Origin: Candidatus Spechtbacteria bacterium
GTDB taxonomy: Bacteria; Patescibacteriota; Minisyncoccia; Spechtbacterales; JACPHP01
Reading direction: 5' to 3'
NCBI GenBank assembly: GCA_016188605.1
Contig: JACPHP010000001.1
Location: forward strand, 1,327-65,326
Length of the DNA: 64,000 nucleotides
The notes below the pieces were generated by a model. The model was not told where the DNA came from. It made no database searches and saw only the letters and a list, made by a program, of their open reading frames with translations. Shown here in pieces: positions 19,024 through 29,623 of the stretch. How positions within the stretch are numbered: position 1 is the first letter of the stretch; the number at the start of each line of letters is the position of its first letter. A program made the position numbers and the translations under genes.

Positions 19024-20010
19024 ATGCCTATGGAAAAACCTTGGGTCGGGATTGTTACTATTAACTGGAACAACCCTCAAGAAACGCTCGAATGCCTCAA
19101 ATCTCTATCTGGCGTTTCCTATGACAGGAAACGCATTTTTGTTGTAGACAACGGCTCTTCTGACGATTCGGTCGAGGTTTTGTCAGCGCAACAGCAAGCC
19201 CTTAATTTTACGTTCGTTGAAAGTAAGGAGAACACTGGTTTTAGTGGCGGTTGCAATATTGGCATGCGCAAGGCGTTGGAAGACAACGACATCTCGTATA
19301 TACTTTTTTTAAATAATGATACGACAGTCGCGCCGGATTTTTTGGATAAAATGATTGAGGTTGCGGAGGGCGACAAAGCGGGCGGCATGTGGGCGCCCGT
19401 TATTTACTACTCTGCTCGTCCCGACGAAATTTGGTTTGCCGGAGGGAAGCTGCGCTGGATGCGTGTAAGCCAGATAGGCGAGCACGTGATTAGATTTGCC
19501 ACACGCAGCAGCGTGTTCGCAAAGCAATCATTTCGCCCTACGCGGGGCGAAATACCTTTTATTTATAACGCAAATAAATCAGACTATTTTGAAACAGAGT
19601 TTATAACTGGATGCGCGATGCTTGCGCGCAGGAAAGTTGCGCAGCGAGTGGGCGAGTGGGACGAGCGATTTTTTCTATATTTTGAGGATGTTGATTATAG
19701 CTTGCGAGCAAAGGATCTGGGATGGAAATTGCACATTATTCCCAGCGCCAAAATTTGGCACAAGGTATCCGCAACAGCACTAGGCAAAGTTGGCAGCCCA
19801 AAGATTTTGTATTATCACCATCGCAATGGCATGCTCATTACGAAATTACACGGACCATTCTGGGCAAATGTTTATAAACATTACTGGGCGGCGGCAAAAG
19901 TTAAATTGCAATTATTGAAAATTTTGCTCGGTATAAACAGAGAGCAGTCTAGGGCGATTATTCGCGGAATTACTGATTATTATAAAGGTAATTGGGGAAA
20001 AATTGATTAG
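19024..20010 (+). CDS. GT2 family glycosyltransferase
   Basis: VTINWN, VVDNGSSD, NTGFSGGCN, FLNND, FFLYFEDVD. Confidence 0.92.
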   Translation: MPMEKPWVGIVTINWNNPQETLECLKSLSGVSYDRKRIFVVDNGSSDDSVEVLSAQQQALNFTFVESKENTGFSGGCNIGMRKALEDNDISYILFLNNDTTVAPDFLDKMIEVAEGDKAGGMWAPVIYYSARPDEIWFAGGKLRWMRVSQIGEHVIRFATRSSVFAKQSFRPTRGEIPFIYNANKSDYFETEFITGCAMLARRKVAQRVGEWDERFFLYFEDVDYSLRAKDLGWKLHIIPSAKIWHKVSATALGKVGSPKILYYHHRNGMLITKLHGPFWANVYKHYWAAAKVKLQLLKILLGINREQSRAIIRGITDYYKGNWGKID

Positions 20011-20035
20011 TCTTATTATGATAAATGAAAAAGTG

Positions 20036-20100
20036 TTGTCATCTCGAGCGAGCACGCGAGAGATCTCTCGTCCCGTCGTTGCAGGACTTCGAGATGACAA
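20036..20100. repeat. REP-like element TTGTCATCTCGA...TCGAGATGACAA, copy 1
   Basis: 12-bp terminal IR; a close reverse-complement copy lies at 49847-49907. Confidence 0.85.
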
Positions 20101-20107
20101 ACTAAAA

Positions 20108-21253
20108 ATGATTCAAATTGGCATCGACGCACATAATTTGGAACTAAACCGCGCGGGTGTTGCTCGGTATCTTGAAAATCTTTTGCGCGAGTGGGCAAAA
20201 GATCCGAAAATGCGCGGCAATTTCCATTTTACCCTTTATTTCAAGGGCCGAGTTCCTGACGACGATTTTTTGGAAGATTCAATTTTTACTTGCCGCTCCC
20301 TGCAGATATTGCCGCGCCCAAGCTTTTTTTTGTATTTTCTTTTTTCTTTGCCGCTACGGGCTATGCGCGATAAAATAGATATTATGTTTTTCCCGTCATA
20401 TATGGCATCGCCATTATGGCGCGGTAAATCAGTAATAGTTTTGCACGATATTTCCTTTGAACGTTTCCCGGAGCTTTTCCCAATTCGTTATCGTCTGCCC
20501 TATCGTATCCTGGGAAGATTTGGCGCAAATCATAGCCAAGCCGTAATTACCGTTTCAGAATTTTGCAAGAGGGAAATTAAAGAGATATATAAAGTTCCAG
20601 CAGAAAAAATTTTTGTAACTTATCTTGGCGTGAATGAAAGGATTAAGCGAGCTAGCGATGAGGAGATACGGCGCGTAAAGCAGAAGTTGGATATAACGGG
20701 TGAGTACATACTTTGGGTGGGGCAGATATTTAATCGAAGGCATGTTCTAGAATCTCTGCGCGCTTTTGAAATTATTGCGGATAAATTTCCCTGCGCGCAA
20801 TTTGTTGTATCTGGAAGGAACGGCACTAGCCCCCACCAGCCAATCGATGAGATATGTGGGGATATCAATAGAAAATTAGATCGGGAAGCAGTGATACGCG
20901 TTCAGTACGCGGAAGAAAAAGATCTGCCCGCGCTTTTATCTGGAGCTAGGGTAGGTGTTTATATATCAAATTACGAGGGCTTTGGTTTGCCGCCGCTTGA
21001 ATTTTTAGCATGTGGTACTCCGGTACTTGCGCCTAACACCACTTCATTAAAAGAAGCTTTGCGAGGCGAGCAAATTATAGTAGAAGACGCCTCAAGTGTA
21101 AAAGAAATAGCTGAGAAACTAACTTTTGCCTTTACTAATCAAGAAGTTATAGATCGCGCGCGTTTAAATGGCCCAAAGCACGCGGCGCAATTTAGCTGGA
21201 AACGATGCGCGGGGCAGACGATCAGCGTGTTTAATGGGGTGCAGAAGAATTAA
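20108..21253 (+). CDS. GT4 family glycosyltransferase
   Basis: IGIDA, GVARY, LHDI, YEGFGLPPLE, FSW. Confidence 0.92.
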   Translation: MIQIGIDAHNLELNRAGVARYLENLLREWAKDPKMRGNFHFTLYFKGRVPDDDFLEDSIFTCRSLQILPRPSFFLYFLFSLPLRAMRDKIDIMFFPSYMASPLWRGKSVIVLHDISFERFPELFPIRYRLPYRILGRFGANHSQAVITVSEFCKREIKEIYKVPAEKIFVTYLGVNERIKRASDEEIRRVKQKLDITGEYILWVGQIFNRRHVLESLRAFEIIADKFPCAQFVVSGRNGTSPHQPIDEICGDINRKLDREAVIRVQYAEEKDLPALLSGARVGVYISNYEGFGLPPLEFLACGTPVLAPNTTSLKEALRGEQIIVEDASSVKEIAEKLTFAFTNQEVIDRARLNGPKHAAQFSWKRCAGQTISVFNGVQKN

Positions 21254-21277
21254 AAAGTCTATTCATAAACTATAAGC

Positions 21278-21457
21278 AAAATTTCAAAATCCAAATGTCA
21301 AATTACAAATCAATTTCAAATACTAAATGTCAAATGCTAAAATTTTAGGTTTTGAATATTTGAGACTTTTCCGCCTGAGGCGCCTGTCCGCCTCTGGCGG
21401 GGATCAGCCTATGGCCGAGACATTGATTTGACATTTGTAATTTGGACTTTGTAATTT
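21278..21457. repeat. Inverted heptad array with a nested long hairpin element at 21370-21418
   Basis: caaaatc caaatgt caaatta caaat ... gacattt gtaattt ggacttt gtaattt. Confidence 0.8.
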
Positions 21458-21464
21458 ACTAGCT

Positions 21465-23027
21465 ATGTCCTCTCGCATTTTCTCCCCTCTAAACATAATC
21501 TATATCCTCTCGCTGGTAACTCTGTTCGCGGCTGTCTTTGGCGTTGTGCCTCGGGAGTTTATTTTTATTCCAGCAGTCCTTATTCTGGGATATATGCTTG
21601 TCGCGCCGCATCAAAACGGCTTACTTTTGTTTGTTAGATTTATTCCATTTTTCTTTGCCCTGCCGCTCACGCAAGGATTTGATAATTTTAATCTCTGGCG
21701 TATTGCCATAATTTTGCTTTTCGCGAAATGGATTTTAAGCGGCAGAAATCTCGATGAAATTGTAGCTTCATTGCAATGGAATAATTTGCGCAATCTGTGG
21801 AACAGCGCGCGGGCAGAAGTTCTTGGCAGCGCATTGTTTGCGCTAGCTTTCATCTCGTTGTTTGTTGCGCAGGATATATCCACTGGTGTTAAAAGGATTA
21901 TTTATTTTGCTAACCTAACTCTTTTGTTTGTAATAGTGCGCGGTTTGGTGCGGCGCGAAAATGGATACGTGCAAAAACTGACGAATAATTTTGTAGTATC
22001 AGGGATGGTGGCTGTGGTTGTTGGATTTGGCCAGTGGATAAGCACATATTTTTTACCCGTCTGGATTTTTCATTATTGGTGGGGGCAGATCGTGTCTTTG
22101 AATATGTATGGACAACAATGGGCGAATATAGTAACAAATTTTGGCAACACGTGGTTTAGTTATTCGGGCGGTGGGCTGCGCCTGCGTATGTTTTCTTTAT
22201 TTCCCGACTCGCATACATTTCCGTTATACTTGCTCATGGTTTTGCCGTTTTTGTTTTTGTTCATATACGATGCAAAACGAACGCTCACAAAATGGGAACG
22301 CCGGCTGGCATGGTTTGGATTTTTGGCATTGCACCTCGCGCTTATTTTAAGTGGTACCAGAGGAATATGGGCGGGTATTATTTTTCCGGCAGTGGCACTT
22401 GGTACAGCGTGGTTTTTCATGCCGTATACGCGCGTATACGGAAAAAAAGTTGCTTTATCTATAGGGGCATTTATTTTGATGTTCCCTTTCGCGTGGGCGA
22501 TATTGATGCTGCCGCAATTTCAAGACGACAATGTGCCGTCGCATAATGTTTTCTTTACTAGGATTGGTTCTTTGATAGATACTTCTGAAACTTCAAACCA
22601 AGGCCGCATCGCTATTTGGAGAAGCACGCTGAAATCAATAGCGCATAATCCAGCGCTTGGTATAGGCATAGGGAATTATCCCGTGGTTTTAGATCAAAAT
22701 ATATCGGCAACAAGAATGGGCGCATCCGCGCATAATCTATATTTACAGGTTGCCTCGGAAATGGGCATTCCAGCTGCTATAATATTTATATGGTTCTTGT
22801 GGGAGGTGTTTGCTCGCGCGTGGCGGTTTGCTCAAAAACCGTCGTATAATACGTTAACGGGCCTTTTTGCTTTCGCAATCATTTTTTCATTTATTTGGAT
22901 TTTGGGTTACAGCCTAACTGATGCGGCGCTGTTTGACGAGCGGGCATTTTTGGGTTTCTTGGTGTTTATAGGCGTGTTACTTGGGATAACGAGGCAAAAT
23001 GAAATAAAAAATCCCAAACCCCAATGA
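21465..23027 (+). CDS. O-antigen ligase/polymerase family membrane protein
   Basis: Many TM segments, LSGTRG, SNQGRIAIW, GIGIGNY, AHNLYLQVASEMG. Confidence 0.88.
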   Translation: MSSRIFSPLNIIYILSLVTLFAAVFGVVPREFIFIPAVLILGYMLVAPHQNGLLLFVRFIPFFFALPLTQGFDNFNLWRIAIILLFAKWILSGRNLDEIVASLQWNNLRNLWNSARAEVLGSALFALAFISLFVAQDISTGVKRIIYFANLTLLFVIVRGLVRRENGYVQKLTNNFVVSGMVAVVVGFGQWISTYFLPVWIFHYWWGQIVSLNMYGQQWANIVTNFGNTWFSYSGGGLRLRMFSLFPDSHTFPLYLLMVLPFLFLFIYDAKRTLTKWERRLAWFGFLALHLALILSGTRGIWAGIIFPAVALGTAWFFMPYTRVYGKKVALSIGAFILMFPFAWAILMLPQFQDDNVPSHNVFFTRIGSLIDTSETSNQGRIAIWRSTLKSIAHNPALGIGIGNYPVVLDQNISATRMGASAHNLYLQVASEMGIPAAIIFIWFLWEVFARAWRFAQKPSYNTLTGLFAFAIIFSFIWILGYSLTDAALFDERAFLGFLVFIGVLLGITRQNEIKNPKPQ

Positions 23028-23128
23028 CCAATGACCAATCAAATCCCAATGCCTAAAATCCCAAGACCTAACTTTAATCATTTGGATTTGGGGCTTGATT
23101 GGTCATTTGGATTTGGTCATTGGGATTT
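23009..23128. repeat. Inverted heptad array (CCAATGA family)
   Basis: ccaatga ccaatga ccaatca ... ttggtca tttggat ttggtca ttgggat. Confidence 0.8.
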
Positions 23129-23136
23129 TTAAAGTT

Positions 23137-24165
23137 ATGCAATCTCCTCTAGTCTCAATCCACCTAATCGTAAAAGACGGCGAAAAATATATTCGCCAGT
23201 GTCTTGAACACGTGCAAAAGCAGACTTATCCTAACATTGAGTTTAGGGTGTTTGACAATGCTTCCACCGACAGGACTCGCGAAATTGTAAAGGAGATAAT
23301 GCCGAGCGCGGAAATCATTAGATTCCCTAAAAACTATATCCTTGGTGGTGGGTTTAATCGCAGTTTGTCTTGGAGTAGGGCGCCCTATGTGGTGGGTTTG
23401 TGCGTGGACGTGATGATGGCGCCTGACTTTATTGAAAGGGCGGTGGCGGTCGCGGAAGCGCACCCAACGGCAGGGGTGGTGCAAGCCAAGGTTTTGCGGT
23501 ATGATTATGAGCATGCAAAAGTGACATCTATAATAGATACCACTGGTATGCAGATCTTCCGCTCGCGCCGTATTATCAATCGCGGGCATGGAGAGGAAGA
23601 CACCGGGCAGTACAATAAGGCAGAGGAAATATTCTGCTATGAAGGCGCGGTGCCATTTTTCCGCCGCGAGGCGCTGGAAGCAATAAAGATGCCAAAATCA
23701 AAACCAGACGCAGAGTTTCCGTACGAGTATCTGGACGAGGATTTTGTTTGGTATGCTGACGAGCTTGATTTGGGATGGCGGCTTCATCATGCCGGCTGGA
23801 TGAATTGGTATGACCCAACCGTGCTTGCGGCGCACGATCGCCAGACCACAAAAAAATTGAGTAAGGGGTATAGAGGTTTTATAGAACTTCGCAAAACAAT
23901 TCCTGCGTTTAAACGCGTGCTTGATTGGCGCAACCAAAGATTGGCATTCTTGAAAAATGACTATCTTTCATCTGTGCTTAAGGATGTATTCTTCTGGCTT
24001 CCGCGAGAAATGATGATGTTTGGGTATTTTATCATTTTTGAAAGAACAAGTTTGTGGGCGTATATTGGTATGTTGCGCATGGCGCCCCTAATGCTGCGCA
24101 AACGACGAGCGATATTGAAGAATGATAAGACAAACGCAGGCGATATAAGAAAGTGGTTTTTGTAA
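23137..24165 (+). CDS. GT2 family glycosyltransferase
   Basis: PLVSI, QTYPNIE, DNASTD, DEDF, DLGWRL. Confidence 0.9.
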   Translation: MQSPLVSIHLIVKDGEKYIRQCLEHVQKQTYPNIEFRVFDNASTDRTREIVKEIMPSAEIIRFPKNYILGGGFNRSLSWSRAPYVVGLCVDVMMAPDFIERAVAVAEAHPTAGVVQAKVLRYDYEHAKVTSIIDTTGMQIFRSRRIINRGHGEEDTGQYNKAEEIFCYEGAVPFFRREALEAIKMPKSKPDAEFPYEYLDEDFVWYADELDLGWRLHHAGWMNWYDPTVLAAHDRQTTKKLSKGYRGFIELRKTIPAFKRVLDWRNQRLAFLKNDYLSSVLKDVFFWLPREMMMFGYFIIFERTSLWAYIGMLRMAPLMLRKRRAILKNDKTNAGDIRKWFL

Positions 24166-24177
24166 TAAATGAATGTC

Positions 24178-24250
24178 ATCAACGAATAACGTACGAATAT
24201 ATGAATCGGCCGTAGTGGAGTATTCGTATATTCGTACGTTATTCGTTGAT
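24178..24250. repeat. ATCAACGAAT-family inverted element
   Basis: atcaacgaataacgtacgaatat...atattcgtacgttattcgttgat. Confidence 0.85.
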
Positions 24251-24258
24251 TATTCCAT

Positions 24259-25356
24259 ATGGATTTTCAACAAGACGAACAACCTCAACCTTTAATTCCA
24301 CAGCATCAATTGGAGTATGGGTCAGAAAAAAAATATTTAAGGCTGGGCGTTGCGCTTGGCGTTTTTGTGCTTGTTGCGGCAGGCATATTCTTTTTTTGGC
24401 AAGGCGCGCGCACTCTTACCGTGATTCAAGCGGGTGACGCAAATGTGGACGCGGGCTCGCTGTATCCTGACTTCAGGGTGAAGGAAGAGCCAAACCGCAT
24501 AGATGTATTATTGATGGCGATACGCGGGTCCGATGATCCAAATGGCGGTTTGCTTACAGACTCAATGATATTGATAAGCTTTGATACTGAAACAAAAAAA
24601 GCGGCAATGATTTCCATTCCTCGCGATCTTTACGTATTTATACCGCCAGCGGGCAAGATGATGAAGATTAATGCCGTGTATGAAACCGGTGAAAAAAATG
24701 AGCGTGGTGGCGGTTTGATTCTGACAAAACAAGCTGTGTCTTATATTACCGGCGTCTACGTTGATTATGCCGCGGTGGTTGATTTTGACACCTTTTCAAA
24801 GACAGTGGATGCGGTTGGCGGAGTCACCGTGAAGCGTACAACGACCCTAATAGAGGATAAACAATGGACCCAAGAAGGAAGGGAAGACGACCAGTTTTGG
24901 CATATTGAAACTAGCGGTGATGGTTCTCAGGCATGGGTATTCGAGGTTCCGATTGGCACATCCACGCTCGATAGTTTTGATGCCCTGTATTACGCGCGAT
25001 CTCGATATACGACTTCTGACTTTGACAGAATGAAGCGACAGCAGGAAATAATCAATCAAGTTGCAAAAAAAATGCTTTCACTAGGAGTCCTTTCAAACCC
25101 ATTTAAAGTTTCTGAGTTGATGGATATTATTGGAAAATCGGTGAAAACTGATATAAGTTCCCGACAGATATTAAACTATTTGCCTATATTACAGGAAAAC
25201 GCATCGGCGGGTAATGTAGCGGAATATGTGCTTGATACTTCAACCAATAGTTTTCTTATGGATGGACGAGAAGATAATCAATATGTATTACTTCCTCGTT
25301 CGGGAAATTTTGATCAGTTAAGGGTATTTATTCAGAGTTTAATTAGCGCAAAATAA
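24259..25356 (+). CDS. LCP (LytR-CpsA-Psr) family protein
   Basis: TM, LTDSMIL, ISIPRDLYV, KINAVY, YARSR, SDFDRMKRQQ. Confidence 0.93.
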   Translation: MDFQQDEQPQPLIPQHQLEYGSEKKYLRLGVALGVFVLVAAGIFFFWQGARTLTVIQAGDANVDAGSLYPDFRVKEEPNRIDVLLMAIRGSDDPNGGLLTDSMILISFDTETKKAAMISIPRDLYVFIPPAGKMMKINAVYETGEKNERGGGLILTKQAVSYITGVYVDYAAVVDFDTFSKTVDAVGGVTVKRTTTLIEDKQWTQEGREDDQFWHIETSGDGSQAWVFEVPIGTSTLDSFDALYYARSRYTTSDFDRMKRQQEIINQVAKKMLSLGVLSNPFKVSELMDIIGKSVKTDISSRQILNYLPILQENASAGNVAEYVLDTSTNSFLMDGREDNQYVLLPRSGNFDQLRVFIQSLISAK

Positions 25357-25377
25357 AAATTTTTGCTAGACTTATAG

Positions 25378-26631
25378 ATGATGCAAGACGAATCCCAGCA
25401 ACAATCAAGCAAAGCTCGCGCGTTTTTCGCGCGAGTTGTTCTTGTAATTATGCTTGTTGGCATAAGTTTTGGCGCTGGGCTGATTGTTGGCCAGTTAAAG
25501 CAAACTCCTTTGCCGACAAGCATACTTCCGTTTAATTCCATCAATCTTTCGGGGCAAACAGTGCCGTCATCGTTTTCGTTGATTGAAGATGTATGGAAGC
25601 GCATCCATACGCAATATGTTTACAATGACAAATTGGATGACTCCCAACTTATTTACGGAGCAATTAGGGGTATGCTCGGAGCTGTAGGCGATCCTTATAG
25701 CGTATTTTTTAATCCACAAGAATCAAAAGATTTTTTGGAAACAGTGAATGGTCAGTTTGATGGTATTGGAGCTGAAGTGGGCATGCGCGACAGTCAACTT
25801 ACTATTATTGCTCCACTTAAAGATTCTCCAGCAGAACGCTCCGGACTAAAAGCGGCCGATCAAATTACAACCATTGACTCAGTAAGCACGAAAGGCATGA
25901 CCCTTGAGGAAGCGGTTAGTAAAATTCGCGGTCTTCGCGGCACAAATGTTGTGCTGGGCATTGCTCGCCAAAATGGTGAACAAAAAATATTTTCAATCAC
26001 CATCACTCGCGAAACAATAAAGGTCCCAAGCATGAAATGGGAAATGAAAGACGGCAATATTGCCGCAATATCTTTCTTTCAATTTAGCGAGAGGTCACCT
26101 CAGGATTTTCAAAAAATTGTAGAAGAAATTCAACGGGCAGATACGCGAGGCATTATTCTTGATTTGCGCAATAATCCGGGCGGCTACCTTTCGGCGGCAG
26201 TAGATATTGCCGGTTGGTTTTTGCCAAAAAACCAAATTGTGGTTACAGAGGATTTTGGCAGAGAGAATACTGAAGAGCACACAACCAAAGGTCCCGCAAC
26301 TTTACAGAATATGCCCCTAGTCGTATTGATAAATAAAGGATCGGCATCAGCGTCAGAGATATTGGCTGGCGCGCTTCTAGATAATAGGCAAGTGCCATTG
26401 ATTGGAGAAAAAAGTTTTGGGAAAGGCTCTGTACAACAGCTCGACTCGCTTTCCGGCGGATCTAGTCTAAAAATTACCGTGGCAAGATGGCTTACTCCAT
26501 CAGGCCGCTCTATACAAGAGCAGGGGATTGACCCGACTATTACGGTTAAGCAAAACGAGAGTTCGAAAGAAGATGACCAGCTTAATAAGGCATTGGATAC
26601 CATTATGGAATTGATAAGAAATCAAGATTAA
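25378..26631 (+). CDS. S41 carboxy-terminal processing protease (CtpA-like)
   Basis: DPYS, PDZ, LDLRNNPGG, SASASEILAGAL, SFGKGSVQ. Confidence 0.95.
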   Translation: MMQDESQQQSSKARAFFARVVLVIMLVGISFGAGLIVGQLKQTPLPTSILPFNSINLSGQTVPSSFSLIEDVWKRIHTQYVYNDKLDDSQLIYGAIRGMLGAVGDPYSVFFNPQESKDFLETVNGQFDGIGAEVGMRDSQLTIIAPLKDSPAERSGLKAADQITTIDSVSTKGMTLEEAVSKIRGLRGTNVVLGIARQNGEQKIFSITITRETIKVPSMKWEMKDGNIAAISFFQFSERSPQDFQKIVEEIQRADTRGIILDLRNNPGGYLSAAVDIAGWFLPKNQIVVTEDFGRENTEEHTTKGPATLQNMPLVVLINKGSASASEILAGALLDNRQVPLIGEKSFGKGSVQQLDSLSGGSSLKITVARWLTPSGRSIQEQGIDPTITVKQNESSKEDDQLNKALDTIMELIRNQD

Positions 26632-26680
26632 GTCTAATGATAATTTATCTTGGATTTTAACATTTAGATAGATGTAAGCT

Positions 26681-27127
26681 ATGAAAGTCATCTTTCTTCA
26701 ACATGTACAAAACATTGCGCAAAAAGGAGACGTAAAGAATGTCTCTGAAGGATACGCGCGCAATTTTCTCTTCCCTAAAAAATTAGCTGATATTGCAACT
26801 ACTGAGCGTTTGGCACTAGCAAATTCACAGAAACAACAACAGGCGATTCATCACGACGCAGAGAACTTTCGTTTTCAGGAAATCGCATCAAAATTAAAAA
26901 ATGAAATTATTAAAATAAATGCCAAAGCGCACGACGACGGCGGTTTGTTTGGTTCCGTAGGCGCGCAGGAAATAAGCTCTGCTATGCGCAAACAAGGGTT
27001 TGATGTTGCGCCCAGTCACGTTCAGCTCCCAAAGCCTTTGAAGAAACTGGGAGAGTATGTCGTTGTTTTGAAGTTCAATCAAGAGATTAAGGGAGAGGTG
27101 AGGGTTAATATTGAGGCAGAAAAATAA
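26681..27127 (+). CDS. rplI: 50S ribosomal protein L9
   Basis: MKVIFL, GYARNFLFP, LFGSV. Confidence 0.96.
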   Translation: MKVIFLQHVQNIAQKGDVKNVSEGYARNFLFPKKLADIATTERLALANSQKQQQAIHHDAENFRFQEIASKLKNEIIKINAKAHDDGGLFGSVGAQEISSAMRKQGFDVAPSHVQLPKPLKKLGEYVVVLKFNQEIKGEVRVNIEAEK

Positions 27128-27139
27128 ATTCTATACATT

Positions 27140-27428
27140 AATTTTCAAGCACCAATTTTCTCAGCCAAAGGCTGATCCGCCTTCGGCGGAAATTTATCTC
27201 GCTTCGCGAGATCTAGCATAGCCAGACAATGAATTTACAATGACTCAATTACTAATCGTGTGTTTTCAGCCATAGGCTGATCCGCCTCAGGCGGAGAAAA
27301 TTAGGGCATTGAGTTATTGCGTAAAGCAACGTGGGGCGTAAAACCCTCCGTGGAGGGCCACGCCCTCTTTACGGAGTTGCCACGCAACTCTACGTTGATT
27401 GAAAATTGTAAATTGATCATTGAAAATT
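27140..27428. repeat. Composite: heptad inverted array with several nested hairpin elements
   Basis: aattttc arms; 30-bp elements at 27161-27190 and 27266-27295; tctcgc-ttc-gcgaga variant near 27197; GC-rich hairpins at about 27320-27395. Confidence 0.8.
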
Positions 27429-27459
27429 CTTTCGGCATTTTTGATTTTAATTATATTAT

Positions 27460-29193
27460 ATGCCTCGTTTCATATTCGTAGTTGGAGGAGTAATGTCAGG
27501 GGTTGGTAAGGGCGTCGCGACTTCGTCAATTGGAACAATCCTGCAGGCGCGGGGTTTTCGCGTTACTGCGGTAAAAATTGATCCCTACTTAAACGTAGAT
27601 GCCGGCACCATGAACCCGGTTGAGCATGGCGAGGTTTTTGTGACCAGTGACGGCATGGAATGCGACCAGGATATTGGCAACTACGAGCGATTTTTAAATA
27701 AAGATATTCCCGCCATTAATTATATGACTAGCGGAAGTGTTTATTACACGGTAATTCAGCGTGAGAGAAACTTGGGTTACGGAGGACGTTGCGTTGAAGT
27801 GGTGCCAGATATCCCGGAGGAAGTAATTGGCCGTTTGCAGCGTGTTGCCAAAGTCTCAAAGGCAGATTTTGTGTTGGTAGAAATAGGTGGCACTGTGGGC
27901 GAATATCAGAATCTTCTTTTTTTGGAAGCGGCGCGTATGATGCGTTTGCGCACTCCAAAGCAAGTAATTTTTGCTTTGGTTAGCTATTTGCCAGTACCTA
28001 AAATGGTTGGCGAGATGAAAACTAAGCCAACGCAGTATGCCGTGCGATCTCTAAACTCTGCCGGCATTCAGCCGGATCTTATCATTGCGCGTTCAGAATG
28101 CCCTATAGATGAACCGCGCAAAAAAAAGCTTTCCGTGTTTTGCAATGTCGGACCGGAAGATATTATCTCTGCGCCAGATATTCAGTCAAGCATTTACGAG
28201 ATACCTGTTAATTTTGAAAATGATGGTCTTGGCAAGCGTATAGTGGTAAAGTTTGGCATGCGTGACAAAGCCGTGGAATTAAAGCAATGGAAGAGCGTTG
28301 TTTCCAAGATTCAGGCGCAAAATCCGGAGGTAAAAATCGGAGTCGTGGGAAAATACTTCGAATCAGGGAACTTTGTATTATCTGACTCTTATCTTTCGGT
28401 GCTAGAGGCAGTAAAGCATGCCGCGTGGTACCAGAATCGTATTCCTATCATCCAATGGCTTAATGCTGGCGACTACGATCCTTCGGCGAATTCGACCCTT
28501 TCGACAAGCTCAGGGCAAGGAATAAAAAAGCAATTGGCGCAACTTAGAGAATTTGATGGCATTATTGTACCCGGAGGATTTGGCAGCAGGGGGGTGGAGG
28601 GTAAGATTAATGTTATCCGTTATTGCCGCGAAAATAATATTCCATATTTTGGACTGTGCTATGGCATGCAGCTTGCAACAATTGAATTTGCGCGAAACGT
28701 TTGCGGCATGGAAGGTGCCAATACCACTGAGATTGATGGCAAGACACCTTACCCGGTGATAGATATAATGACCGAACAAAAAGCTAAGCTAGCAAAAGGG
28801 GACTACGGCGCTTCCATGCGACTTGGTGCATACGGATGCGCCCTGAAAGAAGGAACTTATGCGTATCAAGCATATGCACAGGAGGGTCGTACCCTTCGCG
28901 GAGGGTCCGACCCTCCTATCTTGTCGATGGGTAAAAAAAATGGCGAACTGCTTATTTCAGAACGCCATCGCCATAGATATGAATTAAATAATGCTTACCG
29001 AGAACAGTTTACCGCAAACGGCTTGGTTTTTTCTGGTGTGAACCCAGAGCGCGATCTTGTAGAGATTATTGAGTTGCCAAAACACAAATTTTTCATGGGT
29101 ACGCAATTTCATCCAGAGCTTCAATCGCGCCCCTTGAGGCCACATCCATTGTTTGTTGCGTTCATTGGGGCGGCAGTGAATATCAACGAATAA
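27460..29193 (+). CDS. pyrG: CTP synthase
   Basis: GGVMSGVGKG, DPYLNVDAGTMNP, KTKPTQ, GLCYGMQ, ERHRHRYE, QFHPE. Confidence 0.98.
   Translation: MPRFIFVVGGVMSGVGKGVATSSIGTILQARGFRVTAVKIDPYLNVDAGTMNPVEHGEVFVTSDGMECDQDIGNYERFLNKDIPAINYMTSGSVYYTVIQRERNLGYGGRCVEVVPDIPEEVIGRLQRVAKVSKADFVLVEIGGTVGEYQNLLFLEAARMMRLRTPKQVIFALVSYLPVPKMVGEMKTKPTQYAVRSLNSAGIQPDLIIARSECPIDEPRKKKLSVFCNVGPEDIISAPDIQSSIYEIPVNFENDGLGKRIVVKFGMRDKAVELKQWKSVVSKIQAQNPEVKIGVVGKYFESGNFVLSDSYLSVLEAVKHAAWYQNRIPIIQWLNAGDYDPSANSTLSTSSGQGIKKQLAQLREFDGIIVPGGFGSRGVEGKINVIRYCRENNIPYFGLCYGMQLATIEFARNVCGMEGANTTEIDGKTPYPVIDIMTEQKAKLAKGDYGASMRLGAYGCALKEGTYAYQAYAQEGRTLRGGSDPPILSMGKKNGELLISERHRHRYELNNAYREQFTANGLVFSGVNPERDLVEIIELPKHKFFMGTQFHPELQSRPLRPHPLFVAFIGAAVNINE
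28880..28917. repeat. 38-bp near-perfect palindrome in pyrG, same family as the fmt insert
   Basis: aggagggtcgtacccttcg|cggagggtccgaccctcct. Confidence 0.85.
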
Positions 29194-29272
29194 CGAATCC
29201 ATTACGAATTTACGAATATCCTACTATCTATAGCTGATTCGTTTATTCGGATAGGATTCGTTATTCGTTGAT
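29182..29272. repeat. ATCAACGAAT-family element overlapping the pyrG stop
   Basis: atcaacgaaTAAcgaat...attcgttattcgttgat. Confidence 0.85.
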
Positions 29273-29544
29273 TATAGTACATGCACAACCTTCGCAACAC
29301 GTTGCTGTCCATTAAATCGTCGTTTTCGCACGGTAGTAAATGATATCTTGCCATTTCGCGCGGCGTAAAGCGTGTCATCCTTGCCGGAGCGTACATTGTC
29401 TCCCGCGATAAAATGCGAGCCACGCTGGCGCACGATTATATTTCCCGCTTTCACGTCTTGGCCCGCAAAGAGTTTTACTCCGAGGCGTTGTGAGTGCGAG
29501 TCTCGCCCGAGACGGGTTGTTCCTGCTGCTTTTGTTTTTGACAT
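29272..29544 (-). CDS. rpmA: 50S ribosomal protein L27
   Basis: [29 protein letters not shown]. Confidence 0.97.
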   Translation of the reverse strand: MSKTKAAGTTRLGRDSHSQRLGVKLFAGQDVKAGNIIVRQRGSHFIAGDNVRSGKDDTLYAARNGKISFTTVRKRRFNGQQRVAKVVHVL

Positions 29545-29623
29545 AGTGTTAGATTAAATCAAATAATAAATTTTAGATTAGCCGAATCATTCAACATATA
29601 AATGACTATTTTGAAATTTTATT

